This document shows positions 30,580 through 44,400 of a stretch of DNA of 64,000 bases, piece after piece. The notes under the pieces were generated by a model. The model had not been told where the DNA came from. It worked only from the letters and a program-made list of their open reading frames with translations, and ran no database searches. This DNA is from the human T2T-CHM13v2.0 reference genome, Homo sapiens. Made by a program: the position numbers and the translations under genes. How positions within the stretch are numbered: the stretch's first letter is position 1; each line of letters begins with the position of its first letter. Location of the stretch: NCBI RefSeq assembly GCF_009914755.1, contig NC_060933.1; one strand, 5' to 3'.

Positions 30580-33500
30580 GAATCAACCCGAGTGCAGGGG
30601 AATGGAATGGAATGGAATGCAATGGAATGGAATCATCCGGAATGGAATGGAATGGAATGGAATGCAAAGCAATGGAAACAACTCGATTGCAATGGAATGG
30701 AATGGAATGGAATGGAAAGGAGTACATTGGAATCAACCCGAGTGGAATGGAATGGAAAGGACTGGAATGGAGTGGAATGGAATGGAATGAAATGGAATGG
30801 AATCAACCCGACTGGAATGGAATGGAATGGAATGGAATGGAATTAACCCGAATAGAATGGAATGGAATGGAATGGAACGGAACGGAATGGAATGGAATGG
30901 AATGGAATGGAATGGAATGGAATCAACCCGACTGCAGGGGAATGGAATGGAATGGAAGGCAATGGAATGGATTCAACTTGAATGGAATGGAAAGAATGGA
31001 ATCAACACGAGTGGAATGGCATGGATTGGAATGGAATGGAATGGAATCAACCCGAGTACAGGAGAATGGAATGGAATGGAATGCAATGGAATGGAATCAT
31101 CCGTAATGGAATGGAAAGGAATGGAATGCAATGGAATGGAATGGAATGGAATGGAATGGAATCAACTCGTTTGCAATCGAATGGAATGGAATGGAATTAA
31201 CCCGAATAGAATGGAATGGAATGGAATGGAACGGAACGGAACGGAATGGAACGGAATGGAGTGGAATGGAATGGAATGGAATTGTATGGAATGGAATGGC
31301 ATGGTACGGAATAGAATGGAATGGAAAGAATTGGAATGGAATGGAATGGAATGGAATGGAATGGAATGGAATGGAATCAACCAGAGTGCAGGGGAATGTA
31401 ATGGAAAGGAATGCAATGGAATGGAATCATCCGGAATGGAATGGAATGGAATGGAATGGAATGGAATGGAATCAACCCGAGTGCAATGGAATGGAGTGGA
31501 ATGGAATGGAATGGAATGGAACAACCCGAATGGAAAGGAATGTAATGGAGAGTAAGGGAGTTGAATAGAATCAATCCGAATGTTATGGAATGGAACGGAA
31601 TGGAATGGAATGGAATGGAATGGAATGGAATGGAATGCAATGGAATGGAAACAACCCGAGTACAATTGAACGGAATGGAATGGAATGTAATGGAATGGAA
31701 TGTAATGGAATGGAATGGAATGGAATGGAATCAACCCGAGTACAATGGAATGGAGAGTAATGGAATGGAATGGAATGGAAACTACCCGTATGGAATGGAA
31801 TGTAATGGAGCGTAAGGGAATTGAATAGAATCAATCCGAATGGAATGGAATGGAATGGAACGGAATGTAATGGAATGGAATGGAATGGAATCAACCCGAG
31901 TGCAGACGAATGGAATGGCATGGAATGCAATGGAATGGAATCATCCGGAATGGAATGGAATGGAATGCAATGGAGTGGAATGGAATGGAATCAACCCGAG
32001 TGCAATGGAATGGAGTGAAATGGAATGGAATGGAATGGAAACAACCAGAATGGATTGGAATATAATGGAGTGTAAGGGAATTGAATAGAATCAATCTGAA
32101 TGTAATGAAATGGAATGGAACGGAATGGAATGGAATGGAATGGAATGGAATGGAATGCAATGGAATGGAATCAACCCGAGTGCAATCGAATGGAATCGAA
32201 TGGAATGGAATGCAATGGAATGGATTCAACTTGAATGGAAAGGAAAGAATGGAATCAACACGAGTGGAATGGCATGGATTGGAATGGAATGGAATGGAAT
32301 CAACCCGAGTACAGGGGAATGGAATGGAATGGAATGCAATAGAATGGAATCATCAGTAATGGAATGGAAAGGAATGGAAAGGACTGGAATGGAATGGAAT
32401 GGAATGGAATGGAATGGAATCAACTCGATTGCAATCGAATGGAATGGAATGGAATGGAATCAACTCGATTGCAAACGAATGGAATGGAATGGAATTAACC
32501 CGAATAGAATGGAATGGAATGGAATGGAACGGAACGGAATGGAATGGAATGGAATGGAATGGAACGGAAAGGAATGGAAAGGAATGGAATGGAATGGAAT
32601 GGAATGGAATGGAATGGAATGGAATCAACGCGAGTGCAGGGGAATGGAATGGAATCGAATGGAATGGAAAGGAATGGAATGGAATCAACCCGAGTGCAAG
32701 GGAATGTAATGGAACGGAATGCAATGGAATGGAATCATCCGGAATGGAATGGAATGGAATCAACCCGAGTGCAATGGAATGGAGTGGAATGGAATGGAAT
32801 GGAATGGAACAACCCGAATGGAATGGAATGTAATGGAGAGTAAGGGAGTTGAAAAGAATCAATCCGAATGTAATGGAATGGAATGGAACGGAATGGAATG
32901 GAATGGAATGGAATGCAATGGAATGGAATCAACCCGAGTACAATGGAATGGAATGGAATGGAATGGAATGGAATGGAATGGAATGGAATGGAATGGAATG
33001 CAATGGAATGGAATCTTCCGGAATGGAATGGAATGGAATGGAATGGAATGGAATGCAATGGATTCAACTCGATTGCAATGGAATGGAATAGAATGGAATG
33101 GAATGGAATGGAATGGAATGGAATTAAACCGAATAGAATGGAATGGAATGGTATGGAACGGAACAGAACGGAACGGAACGGAACGGAGTGGAATGGAATG
33201 GAATGGAATTGTATGGAATGGAATGGAATGGTACGGAATAGAATGGAATGGAAAGAATTGGAATGGAATGGTATCGAATGGAATGGAATGGAATGGAATG
33301 GAATCAACCCGAGTGCAGGGGAATGTAATTGAACGGAATGCAATGGAATGGAATCATCCGGAATGGAATGGAGTGGAATGGAATGGAATGGAATGGAACA
33401 ACCAGAATGGAATGGAATGTAATGGAGAGTAAGGGAGTTGAATAGAATCAATCCGAATGTAATGGAATGGAATGCAACGGAATGGAATGGAATGGAATGG

Positions 33501-35830
33501 AATGGAATGCAATGGAATTGAATCAACCCGAGTACAATGGAATGGAATGGAATGGAATGGAATGGAATGGAATGGAATGGAATCAACCCGAGTGCAGGGG
33601 AATGGAATGCAATGGAATGCAATGGAATGGAATCATCCGGAATGGAATGGAATGGAATGGAATGCAAAGCAATGGAATCAACTCGATTGCAATGGAATGG
33701 AATGGAATGGAAAGGAATACATTGGAATCAACCCGAGTGGAATGCAATGGAAAGGACTGGAATGGAGTGGAATGGAATGGAATGGAATGGAATGGAATCA
33801 ACTCGATTGGAATGGAATGGAATGGAATGGAATGGAATTAACCCGAATAGAATGGAATGGAATGGAGCGGAACGGAACAGAACGGAATGGAATGGAATGG
33901 AATGGAATGGAATGGAATGGAATGGAATGGAATCAACCCGACTGCAGGGGAATGGAATGGAATGGAAGGCAATGGAATGGATTCAACTTGAATGGAATGG
34001 AAAGAATGGAATCAACACGAGTGGAATGGCATGGATTGGAATGGAATGGAATGGAATCAACCCGAGTACAGGGGAATGGAAAGGAATGGAATGGAATGGA
34101 ATGGAATCATCCGTAATGGAATGGAAAGGAATGGAATGGAATGGAATGGAAAGGAATCAACTCGATTGCAATCGAATGGAATGGAATGGAATTAACCCGA
34201 ATAGAATGGAATGGAATGGAATGGAACGGAACGGAACGGAACGGAGTGGAATGGAATGGAATGGAATTGTATGGAATGGAATGGCATGGTACGGAATAGA
34301 ATGGAATGGAAAGAATTGGAATGGAATGGAATCGAATGGAATGGAATGGAATGGAATGGAATCAACGCGAGTGCAGGGGAATGTAATAGAACGGAATGCA
34401 ATGGAATGGAATCATCCGGAATGGAATGGAATGGAATGGAATGGAATGGAATGGAATGGAAAGGAATCAACCCGAGTGCAATGGAATGGAGTGGAATGGA
34501 ATGGAATGGAACAACCCGAATGGAATGGAATGTAATGGAGAGTAAGGGAGTTGAATAGAATCAATCCGAATGTAATGGAATGGAACGGAATGGAATGGAA
34601 TGGAATGGAATGGAATGGAATGGAATGCAATGGAATGGAATCAACCCGAGTACAATGGAACGGAATGGAATGGAATGGAATGTATTGGAATGGAATGGAA
34701 TGGAATGGAATGGAATCAACCCGAGTCCAATGGAATGGAGAGGAATGGAATGGAATGGAATGGAAACTACCCGAATGGAATGGAATGTAATGGAGTGTAA
34801 GGGAATTGAATAGAATCAATCCGAATGGAAAGGAATGGAATGGAACGAAATGTAATGGAATGGAATGGAATGGAATCAACCCGAGTGCAGGGGAATGGAA
34901 TGGAATGGAATGCAATGGAATGGAATCATCCGGAATGGAATGGAATGGAATGCAATGGAATGGAATGGAATGGAATCAACCCGAGTGCAATGGAATGGAG
35001 TGAAATGGAATGGAATGGAAACAACCAGAATGGATAGGAATATAATGGAGTGTAAGGGAATTGAATAGAATCAATCTGAATGTAATGAAATGGAATGGAA
35101 CGGAATGGAATGGAATGGAATGGAATGGAGTGGAATGGAATGCAATGGAATGGAATCAACCCGAGTGCAATCGAATGGAATCGAATGGAATGGAATGCAA
35201 TGGAATGGATTCAACTTGAATGGAAAGGAAAGAATGGAATCAACACGAGTGGAATGGCATGGATTGGAATGGAATGGAATGGAATCAACCCGAGTACAGG
35301 GGAATGGAATGGAATGGAAAGCAATGGAATGGAATCATCAGTAATGGAATGGAAAGGAATGGAAAGGACTGGAATGGAATGGAATGGAATGGAATGGAAT
35401 GGAATCAACTCGATTGCAATCGAATGGAATGGAATGGAATTAACCCGAAAAGAATGGAATGGAATGGAATGGAACGGAACCGAATGGAATGGAATGGAAT
35501 AGAATGGAACGGAAAGGAATGGAATGGAATGGAATGGAATGGAATGGAATGGAATGGAATCAACGCGAGTGCAGGGGAATGGAATGGAATCGAATGGAAT
35601 GGAAAGGAATGGAATGGAATCAACCCGAGTGCAGGGGAATGTAATGGAACGGAATACAATGGAATGGAATCATCTGGAATGGAATGGAATGGAATGGAAT
35701 GTAATCAACCCGAGTGCAATGGAATGGAGTGGAATGGAATGGAATGGAATGGAACAACCCGAATGGAATGGAATGTAATGGAGAGTAAGGGAATTGAAAA
35801 GAATCAATCCGAATGTAATGGAATGGAATG
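30580..35830 (+). repeat. Duplication with ~3.0 kb period
   Basis: GGAAGGCAATGG (30954/33964), GGCATGGTACGG (31288/34283), CTTGAATGGAAAGGAAAG (~32230/35215), CATCAGTAATGG (32351/35336). Confidence 0.8.
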
Positions 35831-35989
35831 GAACGGAATGGAATGGAATGGAATGGAATGGAATTAACCCGAGTGCAATGGAATGGAGTGGAATGGAATG
35901 GAATGGAATGGAACAACCCGAATGGAATGGAATGTAATGGAGAGTAAGGGAATTGAAAAGAATCAATCCGAATGTAATGGAATGGAATG

Positions 35990-37786
35990 GAACGGAACGG
36001 AATGGAATGGAATGGAATGGAATGGAATGGAATGGAGTGGAACGGAAAGGAAAGGAATGGAATGGAATAGAATGGAATGGAATGGAATCAACGCGAGTGC
36101 AGGGGAATGGAATGGAATGGAATGCAATGGAATGGAATTTTCCGGAATGGAATGGAATGCAATGGAATGGAATGGAATGGAATCAACCCGAGTGCAATGG
36201 AATGGAGTGGAATGGAATGGAATGGAATGGAACAACCCGAATGGAATGGAATGTAATGGAGAGTAAGGGAGTTGAATAGAATCAATCCGAATGTAATGGA
36301 ATGGAAGGGAACGGAATGGAATTGAATGGAATGGAATGGAATGCAATGGAATGGAATCAACCCGAGTGCTATGGAATGGAGAGAAATGGAATGGAATGGA
36401 ATGGAAACTACCCGAATGGAATGGAATGTAATGGAGTGTAAGGGAATTGAATAGAATCAATCCGAATGTAATGGAATGGAATGGAACGGAATGGAACGGA
36501 ATGGAATGGAATGGAATCAACCCGAGTGCAGGGGAATGGAATGGAAAGGAATGCAATGGATTGGAATCATCCGGAATGGAATGGAATGGAATGCAATGGA
36601 ATGGAATGGAATGGAATCAACCCGAGTGCAATGGAATGGAGTGAAATGGAATGGAATGGAAACAACCAGAATGGATTGGAATATAATGGAGTGTAAGGGA
36701 ATTGAATAGAATCAATCTGAATGTAATGAAATGGAATGGAACGGAATGGAATGGAATGGAATGGAATGGAATGGAATGCAATGGAATGGAATCAACCCGA
36801 GTATAGGGGAATGGAATGGAATGGAATGCAATGGAATGGAATCATCAGTAACGGAATGGAAAGGAATAGAATGGAATGGAATGGAATGGAATGGAATCAA
36901 CTCGATTGCAATTGAATGGAATGGAATGGAATTAACCCGAATAGAATGGAATGGAATGGAATGGAACGGAACGGAACGGAACGGAATGGAATGGAATGGA
37001 ATGGAATGGAATGGAATGGAGTGGAACGGAAAGGAAAGGAATGGAATGGAATAGAATGGAATGGAATGGAATCAACGCGAGTGCAGGGGAATGGAATGGA
37101 ATGGAATGCAATGGAATGGAATTTTCCGGAATGGAATGGAATGCAATGGAATGGAATGGAATGGAATCAACCCGAGTGCAATGGAATGGAGTGGAATGGA
37201 ATGGAATGGAATGGAACAACCCGAATGGAATGGAATGTAATGGAGAGTAAGGGAGTTGAATAGAATCAATCCGAATGTAATGGAATGGAAGGGAACGGAA
37301 TGGAATTGAATGGAATGGAATGGAATGCAATGGAATGGAATCAACCCGAGTGCTATGGAATGGAGAGAAATGGAATGGAATGGAATGGAAACTACCCGAA
37401 TGGAATGGAATGTAATGGAGTGTAAGGGAATTGAATAGAATCAATCCGAATGTAATGGAATGGAATGGAACGGAATGGAACGGAATGGAATGGAATGGAA
37501 TCAACCCGAGTGCAGGGGAATGGAATGGAAAGGAATGCAATGGATTGGAATCATCCGGAATGGAATGGAATGGAATGCAATGGAATGGAATGGAATGGAA
37601 TCAACCCGAGTGCAATGGAATGGAGTGAAATGGAATGGAATGGAAACAACCAGAATGGATTGGAATATAATGGAGTGTAAGGGAATTGAATAGAATCAAT
37701 CTGAATGTAATGAAATGGAATGGAACGGAATGGAATGGAATGGAATGGAATGGAATGGAATGCAATGGAATGGAATCAACCCGAGT
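35990..37786 (+). repeat. Near-identical ~0.8 kb block repeated at 984 bp offset
   Basis: Identical ORF translations at 36088/37072, 36447/37431 and 36476/37460; private AATTTTCCGG and GAGTGCTATGG in both copies. Confidence 0.92.
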
Positions 37787-39504
37787 GCAATCGAATGGAA
37801 TCGAATGGAATGGAATGCAATGGAATGGATTCAACTTGAATGGAATGGAAAGAATGGAATCAACACGAGTGGAATGGCATGGATTGGAATGGAATCGAAT
37901 GGAATCAACCCGAGTACAGGGGAATGGAATGGAATGGAATGCAATGGAATGGAATCATCCGTAATGGAATGGAAAGGAATGGAATGGAATGGAATGGAAT
38001 GGAATGGAATGGATTGGAATGGAATGGAATCAACTCGATTGCAATCGAATGGAATGGAATGGAATTAACCCGAATAGAATGGAATGGAATGGAATTGAAC
38101 GGAACGGAATGGAATGGAATGGAATGGAATGGAATGGAACGGAACGGAATGGAATGGAATGGAATGGAATGGAATGGAATGGAATCAACGCGAGTGCAGG
38201 GGAATGGAATGGAATGGAATGCAATGGAATGGAATCTTCCGGAATGGAATGGAATGGAATGGAATGGAATGGAATGGAATGAAATGCAATGGATTCAACT
38301 CGATTGCAATGGAATGGAATAGAATGGAATGGAATGGAATGGAATGGAATGGAATTAACCCGAATAGAATGGAATGGAATGGAATGGAACGGAATGGAAA
38401 GGAATGGAATGGAATGGAATGGAATGGAATTGTACGGAATGGAATTGAATGGTACGGAATAGAATGGAATGGAACGAATTGTAATGGAATGGAACTGAAT
38501 GGAATGGAATGGATTGGAATGGAATCAACGCGAGTGCAGGGGAATGTAATGGAACGGAATGCAATGGAATGGAATCATCCGGAATGGAATGGAATGGAAT
38601 GGAATGGAATGGAATGGAATGGAATCAACCCGAGTGCAATGGAATGGAGTGGAATGGAATGGAATGGAATGGAATGGAACAACCCGAATGGAATGGAATG
38701 TAATGGAGAGTAACGGAGTTGAATAGAATCAATCCGAATGTAATGGAATGGAATGCAACGGAATGGAATGGAATGGAATGGAATGCAATGGAATGGAATC
38801 AACCCGAGTACAATGAAATGGAAAGGAATGGAATGGAATGGAATGTAATGGAATGGAATGTAATGGAATGGAATGGAATGCCTTCAAACCGAATGGAATG
38901 GAAAGGAATGGAATCAACACGAGTGGAATGGAATGGAACGGAACGGAATGGAATGGAATGGAATGGAATCGTTCCGAGTGGAATAGGAGGCAATGTATTC
39001 GAGTGGAATGGAAAGGAATGGAATCAACCAGAGTGGAATGGAAGGGAATGAAATGGATTGGAAACTAATAGAATGGAATCAACCCGAGTGGAATGGAATG
39101 GAAAGGACTGGAATACAATGGAATGGAATGGAATCAACTCGATTGTAATGGAATGGAATGGAATGGAATGGAATGGAATCAACCCGAGTGCAATGGAATG
39201 GAGTGGAATGGAATGGAATGGAATGGAACAACCCCAATGGAATGGAATGTAATGGAGAGTAAGGGAGTTGAATAGAATCAATCCGAATGTAATGGAATGG
39301 AATGGAACGGAATGGAATTGAGTGGAATGGAATGGAATGCAATGGAATGGAATCAACCCGAGTGCAGTGGAATGGAGAGGAATGGAATGGAATGGAATGG
39401 AAACTACCCGAATGGAATGGAATGTAATGGATTGTAAGGGAATTGAATAGAATCAATCCGAATGTAATGGAATGGAATGGAATGGAATGGAATGCAATGG
39501 AATG

Positions 39505-41415
39505 GAATCAACCCGAGTGCAATCGAATGGAATCGAATGGAATGGAATGCAATGGAATGGATTCAACTTGAATGCAATGGAAAGAATGGAATCAACACGA
39601 GTGGAATGGCATGGATTGGAATGGAATGGAATGGAATCAACCCGAGTACAGGGGAATGGAATGTAATGGAATGCAATGGAATGGAATCATCCGTAATGGA
39701 ATGGAAAGGAACGGAATGGAATGGAATGGAATGGAATGGCATGGAATGGAAACAACTCGATTGCAATCGAATGGAATGGAATGGAATTAACCCGAATAGA
39801 ATGGAATGGAATGGAATGGAACGGAACGGAATGGAATGGAATGGAATGGAATGGAATGGAACGGAACGGAATGGAATGGAATGGAATGGAATGGAATCAA
39901 TGCGAGTGCAGTGGAATGGAATGGAATGGAATGCAATGGAATGGAATCTTCCGGAATGTAATGGAATGGAATGGAATGGAATGCAAAGCAATGGAATCAA
40001 CTCGATTGCAATGGAATCCAATGGAATGGAAAGGAATACATTGCAATCAACCCGAGTGGAATGGAATGGAAAGGACAGGAATGGAGTGGAATGGAATGGA
40101 ATGGAATGGAATGCAATGGAATCAACTCGATTGGAATTGAATGGAATGGAATGGAATGGAATTAACCCGAATAGAATGGAATGGAATGGAACGGAACGGA
40201 ATGGAAAGGAATGGAATGGCATTGAATGGAATGGAATGGAATCAACCCGACTGCAGGGGAATGGAATGGAATGGAATGCAATGGAATGGATTCAACTTGA
40301 ATGGAATGGAAAGAATGGAACCAACACGAGTGGAATGGCATGGATTGGAAAGGAATGGAATGGAATCAACCCGAGTGCAGGGGAATGTAATGGAACGGAA
40401 TGCAATGGAATGGAATCATCCGGAATGGAATGGAATGGAATGGAATGGAATGGAATCAACCCGAGTGCAATCGAACGGAATCGAATGGAATGGAATGCAA
40501 TGGAATGGATTCAACTTGAATGCAATGGAAAGAATGGAATCAACACGAGTGGAATGGCATGGATTGGAATGGAATGGAATGGAATCAACCCGAGTACAGG
40601 GGAATGGAATGGAATGGAATGCAATGGAATGGAATCATCCGTAATGGAATGGAAAGGAACGGAATGGAATGGAATGGAATGGAATGGCATGGAATGGAAT
40701 CAACTCGATTGCAATCGAATGGAATGGAATGGAATTAACCCGAATAGAATGGAATGGAATGAAATGGAACGGAACGGAATGGAATGTAATGGAATGGAAT
40801 GGAATGGAACGGAACGGAATGGAATGGAATGGAATGGAATGGAATCAATGCGAGTGCAGGGGAATGGAATGGAATGGAATGCAATGGAATGGAATTTTCG
40901 GAATGGAATGGAATGGAATGGAATGGAATGCAAAGCAATGGAATCAACTCGATTGCAATGGAATGCAATGGAATGGAAAGGAATACATTGCAATCAACCC
41001 GAGTGGAATGGAATGGAAAGGACTGGAATGGAGTGGAATGGAATGGAATGGAATGGAATGGAATGGAATCAACTCGATTGGAATTGAATGGAATGGAATG
41101 GAATGGAATTAACCCGAATAGAATGGAATGGAATGGAACGGAACGGAATGGAATGGAATGGAATGGCATGGAATGGAGTGGAATGGAATCAACCCGACTG
41201 CAGGGAAATGGAATGGAATGGAATGCAATGGAATGGATTCAACTTGAATGGAATGGAAAGAATGGAACCAACACGAGTGGAATGGCATGGATTGGAAAGG
41301 AATGGAATGGAATCAACCCGAGTGCAGGGGAATGTAATGGAACGGAATGCAATGGAATGGAATCATCCGGAATGGAATGGAATGGAATGGAATGGAATGG
41401 AATCAACCCGAGTGC
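39505..41415 (+). repeat. Tandem duplication, ~948 bp unit x2
   Basis: CAATGCGAGTGCAG (39898/40846), ATACATTGCAATC, CGATTGGAATTG, GGAACCAACACGAG (40317/41265). Confidence 0.9.
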
Positions 41416-44400
41416 AATGGAATGGATTGGAATGGAATGGAATGGAATGGAACAACCCGAATGGAATGGAATGTAATGGAGAGTAAGGGAGTTGAAAAGA
41501 ATCAATCCGAATGTAATGGAATGGAATGGAACGGAATGGAATGGAATGGAATGCAATGCAGTGGAATGGAATCAACCCGAGTACAATGGAATGGAATGGA
41601 ATGGAATGGAATGGAAGGGAATGGAATGGAATGGAATGGAATGCAATGGAATGGAATCTTCCGGAATGGAATGGAATGGAATGGAATGGAATGGAATGCA
41701 ATGGATTCAACTCGATTGCAATGGAATGGAATAGAATGGAATGGAATGGAATGGAATGGAATGGAATGGAATTAAACGGAATAGAATGGAATGGAATGGA
41801 ATGGAACGGAACAGAACGGAACGGAACGGAACGGAGTGGAATGGAATGGAATGGAATTGTATGGAATGGAATGGAATTGTACGGAATAGAATGGAATGGA
41901 AAGAATTGGAATGGAATGGAATCGAATGGAATGGAATGGAATGGAATGGAATCAACCCGAGTGCAGGGGAATGTAATGGAACGGAATGCAATGGAATGGA
42001 ATCATCCGGAATGGAATGGAATGGAATTGAATGGAATGGAATGGAATGGAATCAACCCGAGTGCAATGGAATGGAGTGGACTGGAATGGAATGGAATGCA
42101 ATAACCCGAATGGAATGGAATGTAATGGAGAGTTAGGGAGTTGAATAGAATGAATCCGAATGTAATGGAATGGAACGGAATGGAATGGAATGGAATGGAA
42201 TGGAATGGAATGCAATGGAATGGAATCAACCCGAGTACAATGGAACGGAATGGAATGGAATGGAATGGAATGGAATGGAATGGAATGGAATGGAATGGAA
42301 TCAACCCGAGTGCAATGGAATGGAGAGGAATGGAATGGAATGGAATGGAAACTACCCGAATGGAATGGAATGTAATGGAGTGTAAGGGAATTGAATAGAA
42401 TCAATCCGAATGGAATGGAATGGAACGGAATGTAATGGAATGGAATGGAATGGAATCCACCCGAGTGCAGGGGAATGGAATGGAAAGGAATGCAATGGAA
42501 TGGAATCATCCGGAATGGAATGGAATGGAATGCAATGGAATGGAATGGAATGGAATCAACCCGAGTGCAATGGAATGGAGTGAAATGGAATGGAATGGAA
42601 TGGAAACAACCAGAATGGATTGGAATATAATGGAGTGTAAGGGAATTGAATAGAATAAATCTGAATGTAATGAAATGGAATGGAACGGAATGGAATGGAA
42701 TGGAATGGAATGCAATGGAATGGAATCAACCCGAGTGCAATCGAATGGAATCGAATGGAATGGAATGCAATGGAATGGATTGAACTTGAATGGAATGGAA
42801 AGAATGGAATCAACACGAGTGGAATGGCATGGATTGGAATGGAATGGAATGGAATCAACCCGAGTACAGGGGAATGGAATGGAATGGAATGCAATGGAAT
42901 GGAATCATCCGTAATGGAATGGAAAGGAATGGAATGGAATGGAATGGAATGGAATGGAATGGAATGGAATGGAATCAACTCGATTGCAATCGAATGGAAT
43001 GGAATGGAATTAACCCGAATAGAATGGAATGGAATGGAATGGAACGGAACGGAATGGAATGGAATGGAATGGAATGGAATGGAATGGAACGGAACGGAAC
43101 GGAATGGAATGGAATGGAATGGAATGGAATCAACGCGAGTGCAGGGGAATGGAATGGAATGGAATGCAATGGAATGGAATGTTCCGGAATGGAATGGAAT
43201 GGAATGGAATGGAATGAAATGCAGTGGATTCAACTCGATTGCAATGGAATGGAATAGAATGGAATGGAATGGAATGGAATGGAATGGAATGGAATTAACC
43301 CGAATAGAATGGAATGAAATGGAATGGAACGGAATGGAACGGAATGGAATGGAATGGAATGGAATGGAATGGTATGGAATGGAATGGAATGTTACGGAAT
43401 AGAATGGAATGGAACGAATTGTAATGGAATGGAATTGAATGGAATGGAATGGAATGGAATGGAATCAACGCGAGTGCAGGGGAATGTAATGGAACGGAAT
43501 GCAATGGAATGGAATCATCCGGAATGGAATGGAATGGAATGGAATCGAAAGGAATCAACCCGAGTGCAATGGAATGGAGTGGAATGGAATGGAATGGAAT
43601 GGAATGGAACAACCCGAATGGAATGGAATGTAATGGAGAGTAAGGGAGTTGAATAGAATCAATCCGAATGTAATGGAATGGAATGCAACGGAATGGAATG
43701 GAATGGAATGGAATGGAATGCAATGGAATGGAATCAACCCGAGTACAATGAAATGGAATGGAATGGAATGGAATGGAATGGAATGGAATGGAATGGAATG
43801 GAATGGAATGGAATGCCTTCAAACCGAATGGAATGGAAAGGAATGGAATCAACACGAGAATAATGGAATGGAATGGAATGGAATGGAATGGAATGGAATG
43901 ATACGGAATAGAATGGAATGGAACGAAATGGAATGGAATGGAATGGAATGGAATGGAATGGAATGGAATGGAATGGAATGGAATGGAATTGTTGCGAGTG
44001 GAATAGGAAGGAATGTATTCGAGTGGAATGGAAAGGAATGGAATCAACCAGAGTGGAATGGAAGGGAATGGAATGGATTGGAAACTAATAGAATGGAATC
44101 AACCTGAGTGGAATGGAATGGAAAGGACTGGAATGGAAAGGAATGGAATGGAATGGAATAGAATGGAATGGAATCAACGCGAGTGCAGGGGAATGGAATG
44201 GAATCGAATGGAATAGAATGGAATGGAATGGAATCAACCCGAGTGCAGGGGAATGTAATGGAAAGGAATGCAATGGAATGGAATCATCCGGAATGGAATG
44301 GAATGGAATGGAATGGAATCAACCCGAGTGCAATGGAATGGAGTGGAATGGAATGGAATGGAATGGAACAATCCGAATGGAATGGAATGTAATGGAGAGT

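Noticed and set aside
39477-41087. Longest ORF (536 aa)
   Set aside because: Explained by the 948-bp (multiple of 3) duplication of a stop-free stretch. Poly-WNGME translation is conceivable but nothing in the sequence supports it.
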